Of a stretch of 64,000 nt of DNA, positions 50,301 to 62,441 are shown piece after piece (the first letter of the stretch is position 1; every line of letters starts with the position of its first letter). The stretch is from Euglena gracilis. Lineage: Eukaryota. The position numbers and the translations under genes are program-made. The notes under the pieces were generated by a model. The model was not told where the DNA came from. It saw nothing but the letters and a program-made list of their open reading frames with translations, and did not search any database. Location of the stretch: positions 47,533,847 to 47,597,846 of the forward strand of contig CP154954.1 in assembly GCA_039621445.1 (NCBI GenBank), read 5' to 3'.

Positions 50301-53300
50301 ATGGAACCCAATGCTCAGCACAAATGTCGTATGCATGTCATGTGTGTTGGTTATCAGCTCTTCGTCTGCGTAGCCCCTATTTTGAAGCCCCTGCCAACAG
50401 ACACATACGCAGGGAGGCCAACACTGTCCCCAGGCGCAGCACCAGAGGAGGCAGGCCTTGACTCTGGCCATAGGTGAGAGGGGTCTTTGGTGGTCGGGTC
50501 GCGCGCATGTGCGCCAGATTGGGGATCTCTGAGGAGAGAATGACACATCTGAAACGTGCTGAACGAGGGGGGGGGTTGTTAAACCTCATTGAGCTGCACG
50601 GCGGCGAAAACATAATGCACCCTTGGTTCTGAAACACCCCCAAACCGCCCTAATTTATTGCGATGGCTGACAACTGGTACCACAGTCGGCAGGTCTGATT
50701 TTGGATCCCTGAAATAAACCCCCTCCACAGACCTGGTTTCTGGATTGCACGCAACATGAACACGAGTCGAAAATGGACTTGCCAAAAACAAGAGGGCATC
50801 CTGGACCCAAATTCAAAAAAAACGAGGCCTTGTCCATATAATTTCCTTTGGAAACACGCGTAACACTGCCAAAAAAAGGTCATCATTTCTGGAGTTTCTG
50901 GGGCGGCAGAGCAGCACCGTGCCCAACAAACACTGTGCCATGAAGCGAGGGTGATGGAGTCTCCATTCCTAAAACACGGACGCAGTTGTGCAGGCGGCCC
51001 ACCTCATGGGGCGCTGTAGACCTCTCACGCAGTCGCACTGAAGGTTTCCAAAGAGGGGCTGCAACAGGGTTTTGAAGGCGAGCCTGAAAACTACCCTCAG
51101 GTGCGCACGGTCCTGCGGACCAGTCGATACATCGCCTCCGGATACAAGCCCTGGGGTACCCCCTTCCAGACATCAACTTCCGTTCCCTTGAAAATCCTCC
51201 ACTGTTCTAAGACCAGAGGCATTGCCTTCTCCTCTGTTTCCCGGTGAAAGCAAACCCTCTGCCTAGTGCAAACAGCCATGCCATCTGGAGGTTCTTCTGC
51301 CTGAGACTGTCACATTGACAAGCTAAATGGGGGGCTCATTCATCACTTTCTAAACCCAACACCCTCCAGCCCAGGGGCACATCTGCGCGCGCCTCATGTA
51401 CCAGCGTTTTCCACTGGCGTTCAGCATCGGAGACGCTGCGGGACGACTTTAACACCCTTCCCACAAAGCACCGCAACCGTCGCCTCACCCTGGCCATGCT
51501 CACAGGGCTGGAGGCTGCACACCCTCTCCCTGTCAACAGCCCCAGATCGTGCGTAGATGCGCGCGCTTGTTGTGTTTAAACGGGTGCACCTGGTGCGTGG
51601 ATTGACTGGAGGGGCACACTCAGCTTACCCCACGTCAAACCACCGGTTGGGAGTGTCCTCATCTGTCTTACCAACTGTGGGCAGATGCAGGGTCTGTACC
51701 ACGGCAGGGATCACGCATCTCCTCCCGCCAGCATGCACACACGACGTCATCCAACGCATCGACACAACTCCAGCCCCACTACTGCACGCATGTCCAAAAT
51801 GGCCCTCAATGATCATCCGCACACCCTCTGCGGCGCCCAAAGCTCCCAACGCTCCAACCTAATGGCACCCTGCACAGCACACCCCACGCCTTGCACAGCT
51901 GCGGCATTTGGGGGGAGGGTTTATTTGAATGAGAAGCTTATCAGGATGTGATCAGCCTAACACGGGGAAAATGCACTACTATTAGCCTGTCGTAAAAATG
52001 CACAAAGGTATGCAAAAATGTGCAAAATCTGAACAGAGAGAGAGAGAGAGAGAGGGAGATAAAGCACAAAAATCACAAAAAAATGCAAAATCGCCCAAAA
52101 ATGCAAAAAAATAGAAAGAAGAAATCATATGGAAATACGAGGGAAGCTTCAAAAAAGGCCAAAAATTTCAAAGAAAAACGCAAAAAAAGCCCAAAATGGC
52201 CAAAAAAAATGTCAAAAATTGGGCAAATCACAAAAAAAGTGTGCCGAAAAGCACACAAAAAAGCACTGAAAAAAAACCGAAAACAAAACTGCCAAAAAGC
52301 AAAGAAAAACTTGTGCGAAAAATGCACGAAAAATGTGAAACACATTCCCCTGATTCGTGCTGAGCTCTTTGTTATCAAAAGCAACATGCCTCAGCCCGGC
52401 CTTGCCCGGCCAGGTCTGGAGGCCGGGCGGTCCAATGGCCCGGCCCGGCCTGGGCTTAATTTACGTCTCCAGGCATTTTGCTTGATTTTGCTTCTTTTCG
52501 AGATATTTGGGATTTTGCGGGTTTTCGAGCCTAAATATGGCCCAAAATGGGCCGAAAATTGGCCGTTCCTCAGGCCAGGTGGTGATTTGGAAACAAAAGT
52601 CACCACACAATGTGGAGCGTTCCCAGGGCTTTCTTTTAGGTCGCCGGACATTCCTTTTGATTCTGCGCCATTTTTAATAAACACTGGACAAATCGATTTT
52701 TGACCCAGAAATGGTGGAAAACGGTATAATAAAAAGCCCGTGAGGCTGTTTTGGGCCGTAAATTGGCCACATCTCGTGCTAGGTGGAGAGTTGCGGGAAA
52801 TCAAAATATCGTCAGATAAAGCCTTTTTAAGGGCTTCAATTAGACAACCGTTAGATAAAGCCTTTAATTCAGATTTCTGGACATTTTGTTTGGTTTTGCT
52901 TCATTTTTGAGATGTTTGGCATTCGCGATTTTCTGGTCCAAAAAAAAAAAATGGCCCGAAATGGGCCCGAAAATGGCCGTTTCTCAGGCCAAGCGGGGAG
53001 CTATGGGAAAATCAAAATACAGTTAGATAAAGCGGTCTAAAGGCTTTGTTTGATGTCACAAACATTTCCTTTCATTTTTGGCTTCTTTTCCAAGTTAGTT
53101 TGAAAGGGGTTTTTTTGCCCATTTTGGCTTAAATGGGCCGAAAAACGTGTCAAAAATCGAGGCTGTGGATTTGGGGCGTAACTTTTGCCAGCCGAAGATG
53201 CCGGGAAAGCCAGGTACCGCAAGCAAGCAAACATGATGTAACCTCCCATGTAATTTACGTAATATTGATGACGTGATAATTTTAGATGGAGCTCCCCTGG

Positions 53301-53954
53301 TCCAACTAGTTTGTTCGCCGGGGGCCTTCAGCCGACTGAATTTTATTGCATTTTCCTTGGTTCCCCAAGCCACCCTGGAGGGGCGGTGTGCCGGAGGGGT
53401 GGTTATTTGATTAGGGTTAAAATAGGTCAGGGAGGTCCTTAAGCATAAAAAGGTTCCCAGCACATTCAATGAAAAAACCACAGGAAAAATGGTCCATATT
53501 TTGGCAAAACGGGTCGACTTCGAGGGGAAAACATGATTTCTGGTATTCTTGGACCATCGCCCATCCATCCAAAATGTCAAAATGCGTTTTTTTCAACCTT
53601 TTCATATTTTTACTCCATTCGAGCCCTGGACCATCGACCGGCCCTTGGGCCCAAGGGCGATCCTAAAGCGGCGGTCCTTAAACAAAAAAAATCATCCAAA
53701 AGAATCACCCGTCCCTTGTGGACCGCCCTGGTTAGGGTTAAAGTCAGTGTTAAGAATGGGGTAAGGTCACGACCTTCTATTACGCTTCAGGACTAATTTA
53801 CAATGAAATTTCGGCCCGACTTCGGCCTCACTTTTGGCCTAAATACCAGCCATAATCTGAACATGTGTTGTCTTTTCCCTTAAACAGGAGTGGCAGGAGG
53901 TTCCAATCAAGACATTTTGTTTCTGCAGAAAGCACTGGTCGCGCTGTAGCTCAC

Positions 53955-54179
53955 CGTCCATCCAGCGGGCCCAGTACTGGCTGAAGAGGCCCAAGGCGAA
54001 TGCCCGGGAGCGTGCGGACGCCACAGGCTTCTGAACCTTCTTTCCGGCGACCCGCCGGGCGAAACATCTCTTGACAAGCTTCAGCTGCAGGCCTGGCAGT
54101 AATGAAAAGATTCTCTGCTCCGGCAGACCCCGCCGGTGCAGGTCGTAAAACACCTCAGACGTGCTGCCGAACACAGAGT
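53955..54179 (-). CDS. Exon of minus-strand gene (SVFGSTSEVFYDLHRRGLPEQRIF...QYWARWMD)
   Basis: GC3-rich frame continuous with the upstream exon once the MITE insertion is removed. Probable gtgagc donor. Confidence 0.7.
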
Positions 54180-54184
54180 CCGAC

Positions 54185-54293
54185 CATGCTTGTGCTTACC
54201 GACCGGGGGGGGGAGGTGGGTGCTATAGGGTGCCTGCCCCTAACACCCCCCCACCCCCTCGGTGGGGTAGGCACCCGACTAAGCACAAGCCTG
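54185..54293. mobile_element. 109-bp MITE with 8-bp TSD (hAT-like) between two in-frame coding blocks
   Basis: TIRs catgcttgtgctta and taagcacaagcctg, perfect TSD agtccgac (54177-54184, 54294-54301). The same family occurs at 1016-1065 and, inverted, at ~951-968. Confidence 0.9.
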
Positions 54294-54296
54294 AGT

Positions 54297-54509
54297 CCGA
54301 CCATCCCTGCAACACGTGAATTCTCTCGGTCGATGTCAGGTCCTTCGTCGCCTCGGCTTTCGCAGTGACTGGCTGTCCAACGTGCACGTTGGTGGCCGCC
54401 GCCGCCACCACCACCTGCAGCCGTGCCTCCCGGACGGTCTCGGCGGCCAGCAAGGGGCAGCAGAAGATGTCCATTTGTGAGGCGATCAGCTTTAGGTTTT
54501 GCAGGGCAC
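54297..54509 (-). CDS. Exon of minus-strand gene (ALQNLKLIASQMDIF...TERIHVLQGWS)
   Basis: cccacag acceptor and GC3-rich open frame. Confidence 0.7.
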
Positions 54510-55329
54510 CTGTGGGCGAAAGACAAACTCTTGCGGGGGCCCACACTAAGGGGAAAAGCATGGAGGCACATGTTTGGAAACAGGCGAAAGTTTGCAAAAC
54601 CGGTGGCTCACAGGCGCATTTTTAGCACTGCTGTTGGCACGCGGACAGTTCAACGATAATCACGTCAGGGAAGATGATAGAAATCCTTCAAATATAATAT
54701 CACCCGATTTTTTTTTGAACCCCTCCCAAACAGCATGGCAGGCAGGGGTCCTTGAGAAACTCCCTGCCCGGCGTCATAAATGGATCCATGCGTGAATTTT
54801 TCAGAAACAAACACAACTTGAACGCTCTTTTGTGTCGTCGTCACATGCTTTCTTTAAGGAGGGGGGCCTGTCCAACTGAGGGGGTGGGGGTTGGAAAGGC
54901 AGCAATGACCAAGGGCAAGGGAGCCCATATGGCTGGAAGTGTTGTTCCATTTAAAGGGGGGTGTCCAGCCGGTTGCTGGCTGGGCCTCCTCCCCACTAGG
55001 GGTGGGGCGTCTGGTCCGACCAAATACTGGGCTGGGCACAGCTGGTGCCCAAAAACTTTCAAAACAACCCAAATCCAGCTTGGTTGGCATTTTTTCAGCC
55101 AAAATTTTGGACACTCACCTTAAACCTCTGTTCAAACTTTTTATGCTTTGGGCCGAAATTTTGTCAATCCAGCCTGCCTCCGCCAGGCTGGAAAAACCAG
55201 ACTCGCCGGGGTGGAAAGACTCGCCGGGGGGGGGGGTCCACAGCCCAGCTGGAAGGTGTTGGCTGGAAAAAAAAAGCTACTGGACCCCGGGTTCCGGATT
55301 AAGGGATTCCTTGCCCTGAGAAATTTACA

Positions 55330-55667
55330 CATTTTGAACACAATATTCTGAAAGACCAGAATAAATAGAGCCTGCTGACACGAACAGAACTTTTGTGGGG
55401 GGTCAGGGATAATAAGGGAAACCAGAGGAGGGGTTTGAACCCCCTCCCAACGCAAAAGCACAAAGGGGGTGGGGATCCCAAAAGGCGCCATACTTCTCCA
55501 TATTTTGGTTCCAAAGCATTTTGTAAGAAGCTAAAACGCCATGGAACTTCAGGCCACCAAAGCCAGGGATTAAAAGCATAGCACAGCATGCATTACGGGC
55601 CTGAGCCCTTGAAATTGAAAAAGTTGAATTAAAGCGTCAACCACTTGGTCAGTGGTGGCTGCAGGGG
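55330..55667 (-). pseudogene. Degenerate family-2 DIRS tyrosine recombinase fragment
   Basis: The reverse complement aligns with element D ~26797-27110 (ATTDQVVDALIQ, LLIPG, WNQNMEKYGAFWDP). Confidence 0.85.
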
Positions 55668-57553
55668 AATCGGAGGCCCCTTGTTGACCCCCCCCCTCAA
55701 AACTGACAACGCCTATTTTTCATTTGGTTTAAGAGCCAACCGAAATTGAAAATAAATGCGAGAATTTGTTGGAAGAACCCTGATTTCCTTGAGAAATTAC
55801 CGAAAACTGCTATATTATGCACTTTTTTCATCTTTCTCCAGGGAAACACGATGATACAAAAAACACAAGCAAGAAACCCAGCGGCAATTCAGTTTGGAAA
55901 GAATACCAAAACTGTTGGCCACCAAAAAAGATACAATTACACAAATTCACCTACCCTTTTCCCCACACTGTTTGCTGTAGAATTGCAGCAAAAAATAATT
56001 GACATCTATTTCTCCTTAAAAATACATTCAATAAAAATATTAAAACAAAAAATTCCTGTCATTCCTGCTCCTCGTACTTCTTATCGCTCTTTCCAAAATG
56101 GGGCTGACAAAAAATTATGGATGCATTTAATTTCCATAACTGCTTTCAAATGTCGACAAGGAAACAAGAAAGCAAAAAAAAAAAACTGGGAAACTGAGAA
56201 AAATGATTTTGGAGAAATAGGCTTTGCATTTCATTCCAAAAAACTTTTGGACAAAAAATAATCTGCAATTTTGTCACGTGGTTTTTGCCAAATATGGCGA
56301 AGAAATGTTTTCAAAAAAGCACTTCTTTTCCAAAAAAAAACTCTCTGTCTCACTCCTTTTGGGGAAAAAAGAACGACACAGAGCTACACACTATATTTTT
56401 CTTCTTCAAATTTTCATTATTGGAAACACATCGTATGCCGAAAAGCAACCGTCTTTTTCGAAAACTTCTTTGCAAAAAATCACCAAGATTCCGCTTTTCT
56501 GTAGAGAAAAATCCCCTGGGAGCTCATGAACAACTGAAAGAAAAGCAAAATATTTGCATATATGTGTATATATAATATAATAGGAAAAAAGAAATCAGTC
56601 CCAAGAAAAGACAAAAAAGGATAAAACATTGAAAGTTCACAAAAAATAAGTTTAATTGCCACAGAATATGCAATGAGCAAATGAGCGAAATTTGAAGGTG
56701 ATGTGAAAAACCTGGAAAAATTGCGATTTTCACAACCTATCTCTGACGCTCAACAGCGGAAGAGAATATTTCATGGCTTTAGTTTTCTTCTTAGGAGGGG
56801 AACATCTCAATTCGGAGTTGTTGTCGACCCCCCCCCACTTGGGCATCACTTCGATCACTGAAAGAACGTCTTCATTTCCCAAGGAAAATGGTTATTTTTT
56901 TCGTACCAGGCTTCTTTTAACTTGGAAGACCCCCGGGGGTGTTCCAAATTAAAAGAAGGCTCTGGTATGAGAAAATAAACACATGTTGCGCAAAACAATT
57001 GCAAACCTTGGGACCAGATGAAAATGAAAAGGAAATGTGAAGAAAATGTTCCGTGTATTACAGACATTGCGCCATGATGCAAACAATGCAACAATATTTT
57101 TGTTTGTTGGGATTCGCTGGATTGCTGTGGGACAGAAAGAATAAGGTCTCTAATCAACATCCGAAGCTGCCGAGGACTCACCTTTTAGAATGAACTCTGG
57201 ACTAAGCCCTCTTGCTGGGTTAAAAAGGCAGCAAAACTTAAGACTTCAACTGAATTGTCTCATGTAACCACTTGCAGAAAAAAAATGCAAAAATCAGGAC
57301 TAAAATCACACCATTTGGTCCAGCAAATGAAGCAAATGCAAACAAGAAAACTCGGGGGTGAGGTCAAGGAGGGGCCTGGCTGGCCAAAGACGCAGCAGGC
57401 AAGGGCAGGCTAACGCAGACAGAAAACCATCATCGGTGGCAGTCAAACATAAAATCATTCAGGCCGCAGGTGGCTTGTGACATGAGAAATGCTGCAAACC
57501 CGCCTGAAATAATCGTGGCCATCCTTGGGGTCACAGAACCCTCTCTTCAAACA

Positions 57554-60500
57554 CTTACACGGCCGGGAATGCACTTTTCTTTACGAGTCACAAAATTTAG
57601 GCAGTTTTATTGAAAATGCGCATCCGCGCATTTCCGAAGCGGAGTGCGCAGGTGCGCATTTTGGATGGCTTGTCTCTTCGAGACTGGGTGTGAACACCAC
57701 AAAAATGAGCTGATTGGATTTAACACGACCACAGGGACAACCCCTGTTTACTGGTTCAACTACATATCATGTTGTTTACAGCTGTTTCATGACGACTGTG
57801 GTACAGTGCGTGGCTGGACACACACTGGGCACACTCCACACGACATGTGGAACACGGGTGACGCAGGACAACCTGGATCTGGGTGTGCCACCTTGTGTTC
57901 ACAAATGCGTGCTGATGGCTCCTGGGGGCAGGGCCTGGCGAACCTGGGATGAGCATGGGAAGGAACTCTTTGCAGCCACAGAGACACAGCCCTCCCCAGA
58001 TCGAAACATTTGGGGTGTTACCGAGTATCAGGGCTGACGAATGTGCACCTGCGCATTTTTTGGAAACCTCAAAGAATGCGCAGGTGCGCATTTTTTTGGA
58101 ATGGACACAGGCTGTGGGAAGGGGGGGGATATGCACACGCGCATTGACTATGAAGGACACACTGGGTATGGCCTGTTGTTTGCCTGCCATGGATGCCAGC
58201 TGTGCACCGCTATGATGTGGTTTCGGGCTTGTAGAACATGGGTGTGTGGGGGGGATGAACCAACAGAATCACCCTGGGCAACCATGTCGCGGTACCAGAC
58301 CACACCCTGAAACATGGCACCTGCAGCAGCATGGAAAACCCTGGGCCTGGCGATGGCAGGTGCCAAGGCACAAATTCATGTCCTTCAGTGACAGGGGAAC
58401 TGCCCCCCTGCAGCTCAAGTCATTGAACAAATCAGAATGCGCACCTGCGCATTCGACTTGTGCCGCTGCAGTCCAGTGCCCAGCCCAGCCTACGCTGCTC
58501 TCATAAACGTGTGGAGCACGTCACAACGCACAGGCAACGGTCCCCCCACCCGGCGGAGGTGATGGGCAGGTTGCTGCCAGCGTTGTCCGACCCCACGCCC
58601 CAGAGCGTGCATGGCAGCACACAGCCAATGGCCGCACTGAACAACCTTACATTGGGCTGCAGTACACGGTGCCAGGAGCACTGTGCCCCACAATTAGGGT
58701 CAACGCAGGGGGTTGTGTCTGGTTCCACACACAGTGCTCACGGGGTTGGCACCCCGAGAGCGAAACACGCCTGTCACCACCTTCGGCATCATTCCCAAAA
58801 AACGGTCTGTAAACACAGAATTAATTCACAATCCAAATGGACTCAAAGAAGCGAACACCACTGGTTAGTCCTTGCCCAGTCCCTGCCCAAATTTTATCCA
58901 GGCCCTTGAGACCGTGAGACGGGCACAAACACACCACAACAAAAACTTGCCGATAAACCCAGAATTTTTTCCGTTCTGCTTTTTCTGTGTATTCCACTGT
59001 GTCGTACCAAGGGAAAATGGATGAGAAAAAGACTTCAGTGCCCGAGGAAATTCCTCAGTGACGGGCACCCTAATTCCCAACTGCAGTCAGCAGTCTTTCA
59101 TGGCATGAGTGAAAAGCTGGTGAATGCGTAGATGCGCAAGAAATCGTCCTGTGCCTTTCTTTGAATGACAGCCACACCGTCGAATATTCCCACTCCCAGG
59201 TGGGTATTCCACCACCCACGCCAACTCCCCCCCACCTGGCCTGGGTTTGAAACCACAAGGCTGAGGTGTGACCTCCCTGCGAGGATCGAATGGTGTCCGA
59301 GGACGAGGCAGCCCTGGAGCGAAGCACGGCAGAGGAGGACCACCACCTGTGGCCTTGCTGGCAACAAACGTCACCCACCACACAGAACCCTTATTTATCA
59401 TGAACTCAGAGTCGACGCTCCAACACTGCAAACTACACAACCCCTGGCAAAGGGACCAGGGAAAGCACATATGCACACACCTTCTCCACACACCCCATCC
59501 GCAATGGCTGCAGTCAAACATGGCACATCGGGGTGAATGCGCACATGTGCATTCCCATCTTGTGTCTCCCCTTAAAGCACCCTGGTGGGAGGTTGCTACG
59601 CAGGGCCATGTCAAACAACTCAGCACACAAGGTGGAGGCACAGCCCAGGAGACATACACCCTACTCTGGCGGGCATCCTCCTGTGCAATGAGATGCCTCT
59701 GAAATCGTTGACAAAAGCCAGTAGTGCACCATGGGGGTGGCCCTGCCACAATGCTGTGCTGGCACTGGGTTCAAGGGTGCGAGACACAGCTCCCCTCAAC
59801 ACAGAGAATGCGCACCTGCGCACTCCTCCTCATGAAATGCGCAGGTGCGCACTCTTGTGGTTGCCCAGCGCTGCTCCCCTCCTGCTCTCCTGCAGATAGA
59901 ATCACACAGCCAGCGAAGGAATGGCCTCAAGAGTGCGCACGTGCGCATCCTTGTGCCTCATGCAACCTCGGAGAGGAGCCATTTTATGTTGTTTGTGAGG
60001 CTGTTCTGGAGGGTGTGGTCTGTAGCAGAAAGGCTTGAGGCGGGGCTCCGCTCCGTAGCTTTAAAAACCAGTGACACACAGGAAAGGGGTGCAATCCATA
60101 CCCAGCACCCCATCCCAAACGTCACACCTAAACACAGGTGGTCCCACATGGTGATGTAACGTGGTGCCTATGAGAAGGCACATGAGGAGCGGACGGCATG
60201 CGCCACTGGAGGGATGCTGTGCCTGCATGTGTCACAGAGGGGTGCAGTGCACCGTGTGGAATGGCAAACAGCACGCAGCCTGAGGAGGGTAACGAGCCCT
60301 CCCCTCCAGACATGTTGTGTGGATTTAAATCCACCCTCCCCACCACTCTCTGAATACAGACCACACACACACACCAAACATTTGCTAGCGCCCCCTCGTG
60401 CCCTGCTTCCAGTACAGGGCACAGAACCTCCCCTCCACTTTAACCGTAGAGACCACAGTGCCCCCTTCCCACAACCACCCCTGGGAGCCATAATCACTGT

Positions 60501-60903
60501 CCAAAACTTCTGGAAAAGGCCGGGACGGAGAGGGGGGTGAATGCACACCTGCGCATTCACTGGGCACCACAAAACAAGGGGGACAGCGACAGGTACAACG
60601 CCTTCACTGGACGAGGATGCCGCCCCGAAAAACAGCGTTTCGTATCGCACCGGCTTCGCTTGACGAGGTGTTTCCCCCTGCCGGCGGAGGTCAAAAACAG
60701 GTCTCCCAAAAATGAAAAAAGTCGGATTCCTCAAAAAAAAAAATCCTCGGACGCCGGAAGTTGTGGCACACAGTCCCACTTGGTCACCTCGACTTGACGG
60801 GTCGGCCGCCCCGCCAAATGATGGCGACACACTTGGTCACAAAAGAATGCGCAGGTGCGCAAAAAACCACCAAAAATGAAAAATGCATTCCCGGCCGTCT
60901 AAG
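57554..60903. mobile_element. 3.35-kb non-autonomous TIR element with 5-bp TSD and dispersed 20-bp palindromes
   Basis: TIRs cttacacggccgggaatgcactt and aaatgcattcccggccgtctaag, TSD aaaca (57549-57553, 60904-60908). Confidence 0.8.
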
Positions 60904-61183
60904 AAACACCGCCTGCCCACCCACCCGCCCACCTGTCCGCCTGCCTGCCTGCGCACATGTGTGTACATGTGCTTTGGGGTCTCTATTTGGGGTCTCATTT
61001 TTTTCACAAATCTTTCGTTCCTTCAACCGCACACCACACACCAAATAATGCAGGGAACCCGGGTGTGACCTTTGGGCTTGGTGGGAAATCCCCCAGCTGA
61101 ACCCTCCAAACACACGCTTTCCCGTACCACGCCACCCGGGGGGGGGGGGAGGGTGAGTGAAGGGAGGGCCCTGGCCCCATCAC

Positions 61184-61366
61184 CGCGTCCACGTCGTCGG
61201 CGGGGGGCAGCAGCCGCCGACCCTCAAAGTCCGCCACGCGCCGCGCGGGCCCATCCCGCGCCGCGCTGTGCAGCTCCGCCGCGAACGCCGCGGCGCAGCG
61301 GCGGCCGTCGCGGAGCACGTCCTGGGCCCACGGCGGCAGCCCCGCCCCCGTCGTTCGCTCCAGAGC
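61184..61366 (-). CDS. Exon of minus-strand gene (ALERTTGAGLPPWAQDVLRDG...LLPPADDVDA)
   Basis: cccag acceptor in phase 0, GC3-rich, probable gtgatg donor. Confidence 0.7.
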
Positions 61367-61418
61367 CTGGGCCAATATGGGTGTGGGTGTGTGTGGATGT
61401 GCATGTGTGTTTATGCCC

Positions 61419-61450
<32 letters not shown>

Positions 61451-62210
61451 GGTGCATGTGTGGTGTGTGTGTATGTGTGCGTGCGTGCGTGCGTGCGTCT
61501 GTGTGTTTGTGTTGTGTGCATGCGCAAATGTAAACTCATAGACGTTTTAACTCCCCCCCCAATCACCCCCCAGTGTGTTATTTGGGCACCCGAACTGGGG
61601 CCCCAGGGGGTGTGTGTTATTTGGGGGGGGTGTTATTTTTGCATGGAAAACCAAAGGAAAACAGGGGGGGGTGTTATTTCGGCGCTCGAAATCGGCCCCG
61701 AGGGGGGTGTGTGTTATTTGGGGGGGGTGTTATTTGGGGGTGTTTATTTGGGGGGGGGGTCAAAGGACAACAACTCCCTCTTCAACCACCACAGAAATGA
61801 AACAGTCGTGATGATGATTTTCTTTCTTTCAAAAGCACATGTATGTATCGATCCATCGCCTGAGCTGGAGGGTATCAAACCACGCAGGGTCCACTTTACA
61901 GAAACTGATGTTCGCTTCTATCACAAGATCACAAACACTTTCCAGCTTGGTTGACTGGGCCATAACACGGCGTTCTTGTAAGGAATTCCAAACGTGTACA
62001 GGCACCACACGCGGGCACGCAAGCACACAACACAGCACACAACACACAAACACAGAACACACCACAAACACACAAACGAATACACACACAGACAGGCAGG
62101 CAGGCAAGGAGGCAGGCGAACTCCTGTACTCCTGACATGCATGTGCATTTCTGGGTTCAAATTGCCAGAAAACTCAAACATTTTCGGCAGAACCAGTGAT
62201 GCGCACGTAC

Positions 62211-62315
62211 CTTGCGCAGAGGGTCATGCACCCGAAGGGTCTCCAGTGGCAACCCCTCCGCCCTGGCCGGGTCGTCATGGAAGCGGGCAATGTTGTAGCC
62301 CATGATCCAGAAAGC
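62211..62315 (-). CDS. Exon of minus-strand gene (AFWIMGYNIARFHDDPARAEGLPLETLRVHDPLRK)
   Basis: cgcag acceptor and aag|gtacgt donor. 105 nt, phase 0-0. This frame is not in the supplied ORF track. Confidence 0.7.
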
Positions 62316-62441
62316 CTGCGAGCCAACAAAGGACATCGCAATCCTGCCCTTGCCTGGGTTTGCACTGAAACATCATTCTGTTCACAGAAGGCTTCGCCTG
62401 TGATATATTTCAGTGGACGGGCTGCCCAACCCAACCCCACG

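Noticed and set aside
49740-51900. Decayed non-LTR retrotransposon
   Set aside because: The composition looks like eroded coding DNA, but I could not identify any diagnostic motif by eye.
52020-52703. 227-aa Lys-rich ORF and similar ORFs in A-rich or poly-G/C tracts
   Set aside because: Low-complexity repeat DNA with no recognisable domain or exon-like codon bias.
56960-57215. Extra AT-rich exons around a gtgagt...cccacag intron (57127-57181, minus strand)
   Set aside because: The splice signals are plausible, but frames and phases could not be linked confidently to neighbouring exons.
57614-60864. CRISPR array from the 20-bp palindromic repeats
   Set aside because: Spacing ranges from 8 bp to over 1 kb, orientation is mixed, there are no cas genes, and the context is eukaryotic.
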